A stretch of 63,338 nucleotides of DNA, the filler included, from Chiloscyllium plagiosum (taxonomy: Eukaryota): the NCBI RefSeq assembly GCF_004010195.1. It is 4 parts of one record of this genome, joined end to end, with 100 filler letters (N's around TTAATTAATTAA, not from the genome) between each part and the next. Parts side by side here need not be neighbours in the genome. Positions count along the whole stretch, not along the records: positions 1 to 28,230 come from NC_057716.1; 3 more parts are not named here. The stretch is one strand, 5' to 3'. Within the stretch, counting starts at the first letter, position 1. Each line of letters starts with the position of its first letter. The position numbers and the translations under genes were made by a program. Positions 1-12,489 of this stretch are shown here, piece by piece. Under the pieces are notes generated by a model. It worked only from the letters and a program-made list of their open reading frames with translations. It was not told the origin of the DNA and made no database searches.

Positions 1-2800
1 CAGAGTGTATATCATAGCTGTGCTGAAGGAGGGCACTATGGAGGACTAGAGCAGTGAGGCAATATGGGCAGAGCTCAGAAACAGGAAGGGTGCGGTAACA
101 ATGTTGGGGCTGTATTATATGCCTCCCAACAGCAGCGTGAGATAGAGATACAAATATGTAAAGAGATTATGGAAAGATGTAGGAACGACAGGGTGCTGGT
201 GATGGGAGATTTTAATTTCCCAACATTGACTGGGATGCACTTAGTGTTAGAGGTCTGGATGGAGCAGAATTTGTAAGGAGCATCCAGGAGGGTTTTATAG
301 AGCAGCAGGTAAATAGTCCAACTGGGAAAGGGGCCATACTGGATCTGATGTTGGGGAATGAGCCTGGCCAGGTGGTTGATGTTTCAGTAGGGGACTACTT
401 TGGGAATAGTGACCACAATTCCACAAGTTTTAGAATACTCATGTACAAAGACGGGAGTGGCCCTAAAGGAAGAGTGCTAAATTGGGGGAAGGCCAACTAT
501 AGCAAAATTCAGCAGGAGCTGAGGAATGTAGATTGGCAGCAGCTGTTTGAAGGTAAATCCACATTTCGATATGTGGGAGGCTTTTAAAGAGAGGTTGATT
601 ATCATGCAGGAGAGATATGTCCCTGTGAAAGTGAGAGATAGAAATGGCAAGGTTAGGGAACCATGGATGACAGGTGAAATTGTGAGACTAGCTAAGAGGA
701 AAAAGGAAGCATACATAAGGTCTAGGTGACTGAAAACAGGTGAAGTTTTGGAAGAATATCAGGACCAATCTGAAACAAGGAATTAAGAGGGTTAAAGGGG
801 GTCATGAGATATCTTTAGTAAACAGGGTTAAGGAAAATCCCAAAGCCTTTTATTCAAATATGAGGAGCAAGAGGGTAAATAGAGAAAGGGTTGGCCCACT
901 CAAGGGGAAAGTTATGCGTGGATTCAGAGAAAATGGGTGAGATTCTTAATGAGTACTTTGTATCAGTATTCACTGAGGAGAGGAACATGGCAGATGTTGA
1001 GGTTCGGGATAGATGTTTGGATTACTCTAGGTCAAGTTGGCACAAGGAGGGAGGAAGTATTGGGTATTCTAAAATGCATTAAGGCGAACAAGTCCCCAGG
1101 TCCAGATGGAATCTATCTCAGGTTACTGAGGGAAGCCAGAGAGGAAATAGCTGGGACCTTAACAGATATCTTTGCAGCATCCTTAAACATGGGTGAGGTC
1201 CTGGAGGACTGGAGAATTGCTAACGTTGTCCCCTTGTTTGAGAAGGGTAGCAGGGATAATCCAGGTAATTATAGACCGGTGAGCCTGATGTCAGTGGAAG
1301 GGAAGCTGTTGGAGAAGATACTGAGGGATAGGATCTATTCACATTTGGATGAAAATGGGCTTATCAGTAATAGGCACCGTGGATTTGTGCAGGGAAGGTC
1401 ATGATTAACAAATTAATAAACTTCTTTGAGGAAGTGACAAGTTGATTGATGAGGGAAAGGCTATAGATGTCATATACATGAACTTCAGTAAGGGGGTTTG
1501 ATAGGGTTGCCTATTTTAGGCTGGTGGAGAAAGTGAAGTCGCATGGGGTCCAGGGTGTACTAGCCAGATGGATAGAGAACTGGCTGGGCAACAGGAAACA
1601 GAGAGTAGTAGTGGAAAGGAGTTTCTCAAAATGGAGAACTGTGACCAGTAATGTTCCACAGGGATCCGTGCTGGGACCACTGTTGTTTATGATATACACA
1701 AATGATCTGGAGGAAGGTATAGGTGGTCTGATTAGCAAGTTTGCAGATGACACTAAGATTGGTGGAGTAGCAGATAGTGAAGGGGACTGTCAGAGAATAC
1801 AGCAGAATATAAATAGACTGGAGAGTTGGGCAGAGAAATGCCAGATGGAGTTCAATCCAGGCAAATGCGAGGTGATGCATTTTGGAAAATCCAATTCAAG
1901 AGCAAACTATAGAGTAAATGGAAACGTCCTGGGGAAAGTTGATGTACAGAAAGATCTGGGTGCTCAGGTCCATTTATAACCTGCATTGCCACCTTCAGGG
2001 AACAGAGCTGGAAATGTGTTGCTGGAAAAGCGCAGCAGGTCAGGCAGCATCCAGTAAATAGACTGGAGAGTTGGGCAGAGAAATGCCAGATGGAGTTCAA
2101 TCCGGGCAAATGCGAGGTGATGCATTTTGGTAAATCCAATTCAAGAGCAAACTGTAGAGTAAATGGAAACGTCCTGGGGAAAGTTGATGTACAGAAAGAT
2201 CTGGGTGCTCAGGTCCATTTATAACCTGCATTGCCACCTTCAGGGAACAGACTGGTCAAGAAGGCATATGTCATGCTTTCCTTCATCGGGCGGGGTATTG
2301 AGTACAAGAGTTGGCAAGTCATGTTACAGTTGGATAGGACTTTGGTTCGGTCACATTTGGAATACTGCATACAGTTCTGGTCACCACATTACCAAAAGGA
2401 TGTGGATGCTTTGGAGAGGGTGCAGAGGAGGTTCACCAGGATGTTGCCTGGTATGGATGGTGGTTGAGAGGTTGAGTAGATTCAGATTATTTTCATGAGA
2501 TAGACAGAGGTTGAGAGAAGACCTTATTGAGGTCTACAAAATCATGAGAGGCATAGACAGGGCAGATAGCAAGAGGCTTTTTCCCCAGAGTGAGGAACTC
2601 AATCATTAGGGGTCATGAGTTCAAGGTGAGAGGGGAAAAGTTTAAGGGAGATATGCGTGGAAAGTTCTTTATATGAATGGGCATGGAGCAGAGGGATACA
2701 GATCATTAGAAAATAGGCAGCAGGTTTAGATTGAGGATCTGCACTGGCGCAGGCTTGGAGGGCCAAAGGGCCTGTTCGTGTGCTGTAAATTTCTTTGTTC
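1..2800 (+). mobile_element. Degenerate CR1-clade LINE (AP endonuclease, RT, 3' end)
   Basis: Frameshifted ORFs carry VMGDFNFP and SDHN (APE), KSPGPDG, NYRPVSL, VPQGSVLGPLLF and KFADDTK (RT), and HLEYCIQFWSP (CR1 C-terminus). Confidence 0.95.
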
Positions 2801-2819
2801 TTTTTTCCTTTGTACGTAC

Positions 2820-2912
2820 ACACAGTCTCTCTCTCTCACACACACACTCTCAAAATACGCACACACATTCATATAAATACATACACACACATTCATATAA
2901 ACATACACATAC
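2820..2912. repeat. CT/CA-rich microsatellite
   Basis: Direct (CT)n/(CA)n runs. Confidence 0.8.
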
Positions 2913-5534
2913 AAGGGGCCGAACAGGGAAGGCAGAAGAACTCAGGGCATGGTTAGGAACATGGGACTGGGGTATCACAGCAATTACAGAAACATGGCTT
3001 AGGGATGGGCAGGACCGGCAGCTTAATGTTCCAGGATACAAATGCTACAGGAAGGATAGAAAGGGAGGCAAGAGAGATGGGGGGAATGGATATTTGATAA
3101 GGGATGGCATTACAGCTGTGCTGAGGGAGGATATTCCCAGAAATACATCCAGGGAAGTTATCTGGGTGGAACAGAGAAATAATAAAGGGATGATCACCTT
3201 ATTGGGATTGTATTATAGACCCCCTAATAGTCAGAGGGAAATTGAAAAACAAACTTGTAAGGAGATCTCAGCTATCTGTAAGAATAATAGGCTGGTTATG
3301 GTGGGGGATTTTAACTTTCCAAACATAGACTGGGACTGCCATAGTGTTAAGGGTTTAGATGGAGAGGAATTTGTTAAGTGTGTGTAAGGAAATTTTTTGA
3401 ATCAGTTTGTGGATGTACCGACTAGAGAAAGTGCAAAACTTGACCTACTCTTGGGAAATAAGGTAGGGCAGGTAACTGAGGTGTCAGTGAGGGAGCACTT
3501 TGGGGCCTGCAACCATAATTCTATTAGTTTTAAAATAGTGATGGAAAAGGATTCCAGATCTAAAAGTTGAAGTTCTAAATTGGAGAAAGGCCAATTTCGA
3601 TACTATTAGGCAAGGACTTTCAAAAGCAGATCAGGGGCAAATGTTCGCAGGTAAAGGGACGGCTGGAAAATGGGAAGCCTTCAGAAATGAGATAACAAGA
3701 ATCCAGAGACAGTATATTCCTGTTAGGGTGAAAGGAAAGGCTGGTAGGAATAGGGAATGCTGGATGACTAAAGAAATTGAGGGTTTGGTTAAGAAAAAGA
3801 AGGAAGCTTATGTCAGGTATAGACAGGATAGACCAAGTGAATCCTTAGAAGAGTATAAAGGAAGTAGGAGTATACTTAAGAGGGAAATCAGGAGGGCAAA
3901 AAGGGGACATGAGATAGCTTTGGCAAATAGAATAAAGGAGAATCCGGAGGGTTTTTACAAATATGTTAAGGACAAAAGGATAAATAGGGCTCCTCAAAGA
4001 TCAGCAAGGAGGCCTTTGTGTGGAGCTGCAGAAAATTGGGGAGATACTAAACGAGAATTTTGCATCAGTATTTACTGTAGAAAAGGATATGGAAGATATG
4101 AATTGTAGGGAAATAGATGGTGATACCTTGCAAAATGTCCGTATTACAGAGGAGGAAGTGCTGGATGTCTTGAAACGCACAAAGGTGGATAAACCCCCAG
4201 GACCTGATCAGGTGTACCCTAGAGCTCTCTGGGAAGCTATTGAAGTGGTTGCTGGACCTCTTACTGAGATATTTGTATCATCGATAGTCACAGGTGAGGT
4301 ACCGGAAGAATGGAGGTTGGCTAACGTGGTGCCACTGTTTAAGAAGGGTGGTAAGGACAAGCCAGGGAACTATAGACCAGTGAGCCTGACCTCAGTGGTG
4401 GGCAAGTTGTTGGAGGGAATACTGAGGGACAGGATGTACATGTATTTGGAAAGGCAAGGACTGATTAGGGATAGTCAACATGGCTTTGTGCGTGGGAAAT
4501 CATTTCTCACAAACTTGATTGAGTTTTTTGAAGAAGTAACAAAGANNNNNNNNNNNNNNNNNNNNNNNNNNNNNNNNNNNNNNNNNNNNNNNNNNNNNNN
4601 NNNNNNNNNNNNNNNNNNNNNNNNNNNNNNNNNNNNNNNNNNNNNNNNNNNNNNNNNNNNNNNNNNNNNNNNNNNNNNNNNNNNNNNNNNNNNNNNNNNN
4701 NNNNNNNNNNNNNNNNNNNNNNNNNNNNNNNNNNNNNNNNNNNNNNNNNNNNNNNNNNNNNNNNNNNNNNNNNNNNNNNNNNNNNNNNNNNCTGAGGGAG
4801 TGTTGCTGAACAAAGAGACCTTGGAGTGCAGGTTCATAGCTCCTTGAAAGTGGAGTCGCAGGTAGATAGGATAGTGAAGAATGCGTTTGGTATGCTTTCC
4901 TTTATTGGTCAGAGAATTGAGTACAGGAGTTGGGAGGTCATGTTGCAGCTGTACAGGACATTAGTTAGGCCAGTTTTGGAATATTGCATGCAATTCTGGT
5001 TTCCTTCCTATCGGAAAGATGTTATGAAACATGAAAGGGTTCAGAAAATATTTACAAGGATGTTGTCAGGGTTGGAGGATATGAGCTATAGGGAGAGGCT
5101 GAATAGGCTGGGGCTGTTTTCCCTGGAGCGTCGGAGGCTGAGGGGAGACCTTATAGAGGTTTACAAAATTACGAGGGGCATGGATAGGATAAATAGACAG
5201 AGTCTCATCCCCGGGGTGGGGGAGTCCAGAACTAGAGGGCATAAGTTTAGGGTGAGAGGGGAAAGATATAAAAGAGACCTAAGGGGCAACCTTTTCACAC
5301 AGAGGGTGGTACGTGTATAGAATGAGCTGCCAGAAGATGTGGTGGAGGCTGGTACAATTGCAACATTTAAGAGGCATTTGGATGGATATAGGAGTAGGAA
5401 GGGTTTGGAGGGATATAGGCTGGGTGCTGGCAGGTGGGACTAGATTGGCTTGGGATATCTGGTCAGCATGGACGGGTTGGACCGAAGAGTCTGTTTCCAG
5501 GCTGTACATCTCTATGACTCTATGACTGTATGAC
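2913..5534 (+). mobile_element. CR1-clade LINE, near-complete ORF2 with frameshifts and an assembly gap
   Basis: ITETWL, GLYYRPP, VGDFNFP, PGPDQ, NYRPVSL, QHGF and LEYCMQFW motifs; ends in a (ctatgact)n-type tail at ~5513-5534. Confidence 0.95.
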
Positions 5535-5564
5535 CTGCAGACTGCAATCAGTAAGAATAGGTGA

Positions 5565-6538
5565 CAACACCATCTCTGCAATTATCCTTAACATCGGTAC
5601 CCTGTAAGGCTGTGTACTCAACCCCTTACTATACTCGTTATACACTCAGGTCTGTGTCGCCAAATTCAGCTCTAAACTCCATTTAGAGATTTGCTGATGA
5701 CACCACTGTTATGGGTTGGATCTCAAACAATGACAGGAAAGTCCAGGAAAGAGATAGACAGCTGAGTGGCTTGGTGTAAAGACAACAATCTCTCCCTCAA
5801 TGTCAGCAAAATGAAGGAGCTGGTCATTGACTTCAGGAAGCGGAGTGGAGGACACGCCCCTGTCTGAATCAATGGGGCTGAGGTGAAGATGATCAAGAGC
5901 TTCAAGTTCCTTGGAGTAAATATCACCAGCAATCTGTCCTGGTCCATCCACATCAATGCTACAGTCAAGAAAACACACCAACACCTTTACTTCCGCAGAA
6001 CACCAAGGGAATTCAGCATGTCCACAATGACTCTTTCCAATGTTTATAAATGCACCACAGAAAGCATCCTATCTGATTGCATCACAGCTTGGTATGGCAA
6101 CTGCTCTGCCCAACACCATATGGAATTACAGAGAGTTGTGAAAGCAGCCCAGTCCATCACACAAACCAACTTTCCATCCATTGGCTCTGTCACCACTTCC
6201 TGCTGCCTCAGGAAAGTAGCCAACATCATCAAAGACCCCTCCCACCCCAGTTATACTCTCCTCTACCCTCTTCCATCGGGCAGAAGACACAAAGGTTTGA
6301 AAACATGCACCAACAGATTCAAGAACAGCTTCTTCCCCGCTGGTTTCAGACTTAGGAATGGATCTCTCACATACCAGAGTTGATCTCTCTCTGCATCCTC
6401 TCTGTAGCTGTGACACAATATTGTGCATTCTGTTCTATTACCCTGAAGTACTTATGTAAGGTACAATTTGTTGGGATAGCACATAACACACTTTTCACTG
6501 TATCTCGGTACACGTGACAGTAAGAAATCAAATCAAAT
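5565..6538 (+). mobile_element. Rex1/Babar-like LINE 3' fragment
   Basis: FADDTT, ELVIDFRK, KFLGVNITSNLSW, ESILSDCITAWYGN, LPSGRR and RFKNSFFP motifs; (aaatc)n tail. Confidence 0.8.
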
Positions 6539-6539
6539 C

Positions 6540-6870
6540 CTTTCCCCTTTCTTAAATAATTATGTCACATTTGCAATTCTCCACTTCCCTAGGGCTAATC
6601 AGAGGGGCCTGGAACACTTCTGTCAATGGCTCCATGATTAGCTCCTTACTCCACCTGGGATGGACCCTATCCAGTCCTAGCGACTTCTCTACCTGCCGTT
6701 CTGCACCTCCTCATTATCCATCATTTCAAAGCTCAGTTGCTCAACACCCACATTTTCAACCAGACCATTATCACCATTTTCTAACTTGGCAAAGACTATA
6801 GCAAAATGTATATTTCGTAACGCTGCTAGATCCTTCGCTTCGGTAAACAGCTTACCCTGCTTCTTCCTTA
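6540..6870 (-). mobile_element. Old CR1 relic
   Basis: Minus-strand remnants resembling the pre-RT region of CR1 (VGPI...FAIVFAK; degenerate KSxGxDxVHPR). Confidence 0.5.
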
Positions 6871-8327
6871 TGGGCCCCACTCTCTGGAAAGCCAGGGAGG
6901 AGATTGCAGAGCCTTTGGATTTGATCTTTATGTCATCATTGTCAACAGGAATAGTGCCAGAAGACTGGAGGATGGCAAATGTTGTTCCTTGTTCAAGAAG
7001 GGAAGTAGAGAAAACCCTGGGAATAATGGACCAGTGAGCCTTATTTTGGTTGTGGGTAAAGTGTTGGAAAGGATTATAAGGGATAGGATTTATAATAATC
7101 AAGAAAGGAATAATTAGATTAGGGATAGTCAACATGGTTTTGTGAAGGGTAGGTCGTGCCTCACAAACCCTATTGAGTTATTTGAGATGGTGACCAAACA
7201 GGTGGATAAGGGTAAATCAGTTGATGTGGTGTATATGGATTTCGGTAAGATGTTTGATAAGGTTCCCCACGGTAGGCTATTGCAGAGAATATGGAGGCAT
7301 GGGATTGAGGGTAATTTAGCAGTTTGGATCAGAAATTGGCTAGCTGTAAGAAGACAGAGGATGGTGGTTGATAGGAAAATTTCAACCTGGAGTTCAGTTA
7401 CTAGTGGTGTCCATGGGATTGAGGGTAATTTAGCAGTTTGGATCAGAAATTGGCTAGCTGTAAGAAGACAGAGGATGGTGGTTGATAGGAAATGTTCAAC
7501 CTGGAGTTCAGTTACTAGTGGTGTCCCGCAAGGATCTGTTGTTTGTCACTTTTATAAATGACCTGGATGACGGTGTAGAAGGATGGGTTAGTAAATTTGT
7601 GGATGACACTAAGGTCAGTGGAGTTGGGGATGGTGCTGAAGGATGTTGTAGGTTACAGAGGGACATAGATAAGCTGCAGAGCTGGGCTGAGAGGTGGCAA
7701 ATGGAGTTTAACGCGGAATAATGTGAGGTGATTCACTTTGGTCGGAGTGACAGGAATGAAGAGTACTGGGCTAATGGTAAGGTTCTTGGTAGTGTAGATG
7801 AGCAGAGTGATCTCAGTGTCCATGTGCATAGATCCCTGAAAGTTGCCACCCAGGTTGATAGGGTTGTTAAGAAGGAAAACAGTGTTTTAGCTTTTATTGG
7901 GAGAGGGATTGAGTTTCAGAGCATGATGTCATGCTGCAGCTGTACAAAACTCTGGTCCGGCCGCACTTGGAGTATTGCTTACAGTTCTGGTCACCGCATT
8001 ATAGAAAGGACGTGGTACGGAGGGAAGGTCTTATGAGGAAAGGCTGAGGGACTTGAGGCTGTTTTCGTGAAAGAGAAGGAGGTTAGGAGGTGATTTAATA
8101 GAGGCATACAAGATGACAAGAGGATTAGATAGGGTGGACAGTGAGAGCCTTTTTCCTCGGATGGTGATGGCTAGCACGAGGGGACATAGCTTTAAATTGA
8201 GGGGTGATAGATATAGGACAGATGTCAGAGGTAGCTTTATTACTCAAAGTAGTAAAGTTAAAAATCACACAACACCAGGTTATAGTCCAACAGGTTTAAT
8301 TGGGTCCAACAGGTTTAATTGGAAGCA

Positions 8328-8362
8328 CACTAGCTTTCGGAGCAACTCTCCTTCATCAGGTG
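8328..8362 (-). ncRNA. Minimal type I hammerhead ribozyme (opposite arm)
   Basis: Reverse complement reads CAC-CUGAUGA-A-GGAG(AGUUG)CUCC-GAAA-GC-UA-GUG. Confidence 0.75.
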
Positions 8363-8367
8363 ATTGT

Positions 8368-8402
8368 CACCTGATGAAGGAGCGTTGCTCCGAAAGCTAG
8401 TG
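8368..8402 (+). ncRNA. Minimal type I hammerhead ribozyme
   Basis: CAC-CUGAUGA-A-GGAGC(GUU)GCUCC-GAAA-GC-UA-GUG: complete catalytic core, stems I and II, and palindromic AGCU replacing stem III. Confidence 0.85.
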
Positions 8403-8556
8403 TGCTTCCAATTAAACCTGTTGGACTATAACCTGGTGTTGTGTGATTTTTAACTTTGTACATCCCAGTCCAACACCGGCATCTCCGAATCAGAGTAGTA
8501 AGGGCGTGGAATGCCCTGTCAACTTTATGGGCATTTAAATGGTCATTGGATAAATA

Positions 8557-10168
8557 CAGACGAACCTCGATTGTCCGAACGAGATGAGCTGGCAGTATTT
8601 CATTCGGATAATTGATTATTTGGTTAACTGATTCAATGCCTCTCCTCTGGGGCTCGGAGTTTTCTGAAATTTCCTTTTTCCTCGCTCTGCCTGCCTTGCT
8701 CCCTCTCTCTGTCTCAGGATTTGTTTCTGAGCAGAGACACACTTGTGTGTAAGGGACCTGCAGCATTGCTCAAGCCTCAAGCATCAGTTCAATGGGATTG
8801 ACACAACTAGCACTTGCTAAGTCTGCTCCCCGTTCAGGAGACTAGGCAGCAGCTCAGAGCGTGAGCCCACACACACACAGCCCCACCACCCGGGGGGCCC
8901 CCGTCTGCCCACCCGACCCACACCCCCATCCACCCACTAACCCCCATCCAATCCCGCCCTGTCTGCCCCCAGCCACCCNNNNNNNNNNNNNNNNNNNNNN
9001 NNNNNNNNNNNNNNNNNNNNNNNNNNNNNNNNNNNNNNNNNNNNNNNNNNNNNNNNNNNNNNNNNNNNNNNNNNNNNNNNNNNNNNNNNNNNNNNNNNNN
9101 NNNNNNNNNNNNNNNNNNNNNNNNNNNNNNNNNNNNNNNNNNNNNNNNNNNNNNNNNNNNNNNNNNNNNNNNNNNNNNNNNNNNNNNNNNNNNNNNNNNN
9201 NNNNNNNNNNNNNNNNNNNNNNNNNNNNNNNNNNNNNNNNNNNNNNNNNNNNNNNCACACACACACACATACACACACATACACACACAGCCACACACAT
9301 ACACACACACACACACACACACAGCCACACACACACACATACACACACAGCCACACACATACACACACACACACACACACACAGCCACACACACACACAT
9401 ACACACACAGCCACACACATACACACACACACACACACACACAGCCACACACACACACATACACACACAGCCACACACATACACACACACACACACACAC
9501 ACAGCCACACACACACACATACACACACAGCCACACACATACACACACACACACACACACACAGCCACACACACACACATACACACACAGCCACACACAT
9601 ACACACACACACACACACACACAGCCACACACACACACATACACACACAGCCACACACATACACACACACACACACACACACAGCCACACACACACACAT
9701 ACACACACAGCCACACAGCCACAGCCACACCTACACACACACAGCCACACACACACACCCACACACACAGCCACAGCCACACACACAGCCACAGCCACAC
9801 ACACAACTTTTTACTGCAACCTTTTGACAGGTTCCACTTTTGCCCTGTACAGGACAATGTTGGAGAGATTATCTGGGAAAGGCGGGGTTTAGGGTACACC
9901 CCTGTGTCAAACTCCAGGGAAAGTTTGGAGAGAGAGAGAAAGAGCAGGAGGTCAGTCACTTGGAGACAGTACCTGGGCTCCCATCGATGTCCAGGGCTGT
10001 TCTCGGCAGCATTTCAATAAGTCAAGTTCATTTTTAATCATTGTAAACAAAAGACGCGATCAGTGTTGAAACATCTCTTTGCTGTAATGTTTCTATTGGG
10101 ACCTTGAGATCTCCTTCGGATAATCCGAAATTTGGATAATTGGTATTCGGATAATTGAGGTTCCTCTG
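8557..10168. mobile_element. Non-autonomous Tc1/pogo(Tigger)-type DNA transposon (MITE)
   Basis: 23-bp TIRs cagacgaacctcgattgtccgaa and cagaggaacctcaattatccgaa (reverse complement); TA on both sides (8555-56, 10169-70); splits a CR1. Confidence 0.85.
9256..9805. repeat. CA-rich minisatellite with 60-bp higher-order period
   Basis: Identical 60-nt lines from 9301 to 9660. Confidence 0.95.
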
Positions 10169-10282
10169 TATATAGATGATAATGGAATAGTGTAGGTTAG
10201 ATGGGCTTTAGATTGGTTTCACAGGTTGACGCAACATTGAGGGCCGAAGGGCCTGTACTGCGCTGTAATGTTCTGTGCTCAA

Positions 10283-10740
10283 TATCCTTCACTAATCTTT
10301 TACTTTTAATATGTTTGAAGAACATTTTACAACTTGTTTTTGTGCAATCTGCCATCCTGTCCGCATACTTCCTGTTAGCCTTCCTTATTCCAGCCTTAAC
10401 CTCTTTCCTGCATTTGAGATACACCTCCTGATATCTACTGCTAGTATTATTTTGGTATGCATCATATACCTTCTTTTTCTTCCTTATGTTTTCATCAGTT
10501 TCCTTAGACATTTATGGTATTTCAGCGTTGGATATCCTGTATTTATTTCTCATGGGTATGTATCTAGCTTGCACCCTCTTCAGCTCTGTTCTGAAATTCT
10601 CCCACTTTTCACCCATTATTTTACCCACCAAAATGTGTTTCCAATCAATGTACTCCAGTTCAACTTTTAGACCCCTAAAACCTGCCCTTTTCTAGCCTGG
10701 GATCTTAATCATTGACTGATTTTAATCCTTTTCCAACTTG
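10283..10740 (-). mobile_element. Old CR1 relic (region between EN and RT)
   Basis: Minus ORF KKKVY...RKEVKAGIRKANRKY...KMFFKHIKSKR is similar to the other CR1 copies in this window. Confidence 0.6.
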
Positions 10741-10795
10741 ATTTCTTTTATCCATTCATGAGATGAGGGCGTCACTGGCTATGCCAGTATTTACT

Positions 10796-11885
10796 TGTTA
10801 CGACCAGGGGTAAATCCCTCTGCTAATTAAAACCAGCCACACAGAAAAGATTCACCCCGTGCTGTATTCTGTTAAAATTTGAGAGGCAAAGACTTATCCC
10901 AGAGGTTATTATTTAAAGTAAAAATTAACAACTTTATTCTTTAAGTCCATCAGAGAATATTAAAACCAACAACTATTTCCAACTCCTTTCACTTAAACCT
11001 ATCTTTTACCTCCCACTCTACAATACTAGTCCAATAAAAAATCCTGATTAAGACTCAAAAAAAAAATTCAACTTTCAAAACCAGTCAGCTGTCGAACCTT
11101 CTCTCTGTATCTTCCTCTGCGGATTTTCCTCTCTCATCTTTTCGATGTTCTACTGTGCACTCTGCTTATAGCCAGGTACCTTTCAGAGAGCTGTTCTGCG
11201 GGCAGTCTGTATTTCTTGGTGGCTTGGCAGTTCTTCCCCTAGCTGTTCAAATGTCCAATTTTATACCCCAAAACATCAGATCGTTTCATTGGTATTAATA
11301 TTATCAAAATACTAAATTCAAATTTGATTGGAATCTGGTATCAAGGGGCATAGTTTAAACTGATTGGCCGAATTTGAATTTGATTAGATTAGATTACATT
11401 ACAGTGTGGAAACAGGCCCTTCGGCCCAACAAGTCCACACCGACCCGCCGAAGCGCAACCCACCCATACCCCTACATTTACCCCTTACCTAACACTACGG
11501 GCAATTTAGNNNNNNNNNNNNNNNNNNNNNNNNNNNNNNNNNNNNNNNNNNNNNNNNNNNNNNNNNNNNNNNTCGCCTGAGGCGGGAATTGAACCCGGGT
11601 CTCTGGCGCTGTGAGGCAACAGTGCTAACCACTATGCGACTGACTGTGTGGAGTTTGCACGTTCTCCCTGTGTCTGCGGGGTTTCCTCCGGGTGCTCCGG
11701 TTTCCTCCCACAGTCCAAAGATGCCGCCCACGGTTGTTTTTGTCGTCCATAGCATCTCAGCTGTAATATGGTTTCAACCAAGTGTTACATTGTTACCTTG
11801 TTCAGAACACTGTGTGCTGTGACAGGCAGTCCTTGCTAGATTTTCAACCCTCTTAAAAGTACAGTACTACTACACCTTCATAACA
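10796..11885. mobile_element. Solo LTR (Gypsy-type) with nested HE1 SINE
   Basis: Begins TGTTACGA and ends TCATAACA (short inverted ends); 4-bp flanks tact/tatt; the host SINE resumes afterwards. Confidence 0.75.
11382..11730 (-). mobile_element. HE1-type V-SINE with an internal inverted segment
   Basis: (gatta)n tail and tRNA-like head on the minus strand; 11636-11720 is a plus-strand piece of the same SINE. Confidence 0.85.
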
Positions 11886-12489
11886 TATTGCCCAGAGGGC
11901 AGGTAAGAGTCAACCACATTGCTGTGGGCCTGTAGATGAGAACAGGAATAGATGGCAGTTTCCTTCCCTAAGGGACGTTAGTGACCCAGATAAACTTTTC
12001 CTGGTAATGAACAATGTTTTCGTGGCCATAATTAGACTCTGAATTCCAGATTTATATTGAATTCAAATTCCACCATCTGTCGTGATGGGATTCAAATACA
12101 GGTCCCCACCAGAACCTGACCTGGGCCTTTGGATTAACAGTCCAGCAATAATACCACTAGGCCAATACCTCCTACTCTCCTGCAAGCCTTCCGTTCTCTA
12201 GAATAAACACTCCCAGGCCAGGTCATCCATTGTCAGATTGCATTGTTGGGTTTGGACAGGAAGCAAATAAAAAGTGTGATTCGTTTCTTTCCTGCCCTCC
12301 CTGACCACAGGATGCCTCCAAGCATGTTATTGCACATTACCTGGGTCCAGCGATAATACCATAGGCTATCGCCTCCCCTTTATTGAACCTTATTATGTTA
12401 AGATCACTATTTCTCAAAGGCAGCCCCCTACCCCCACCCCCAGTCTGATGTTCTTCACCTGCCTCATTTCCTAGGACCAGATCCAGCAC

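Larger units (their letters stand above)
8254..8490. mobile_element. Penelope-like terminal-repeat fragment (family B), inverted repeat
   Basis: Palindromic arms centred at ~8365; flanked by tcaaagtagtaa (8244) and tcagagtagtaa (8490); both arms contain hammerhead cores. Confidence 0.8.
6875..10280 (+). mobile_element. CR1 LINE RT/3' portion, interrupted by a Penelope-like fragment and a MITE
   Basis: VPEDWRMANV, YMDF, SKFVDDTK and WQMEFN motifs; the CR1 sequence resumes after 8490 and after 10170. Confidence 0.9.
10750..12175 (-). mobile_element. tRNA-derived SINE (family 2), interrupted by a solo LTR
   Basis: Reverse complement of the SINE seen at 20540-20910, present at 10750-10795 and 11886-12175. 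Confidence 0.7.

Noticed and set aside
1..5534. Functional reverse transcriptase genes, or a prokaryotic RT system such as a retron or DGR
   Set aside because: All RT pieces are frameshifted CR1-type LINE relics with APE domains.
8834..9959. Cys/Val- and His/Thr-rich ORFs
   Set aside because: They are translations of CA repeats and N gaps.
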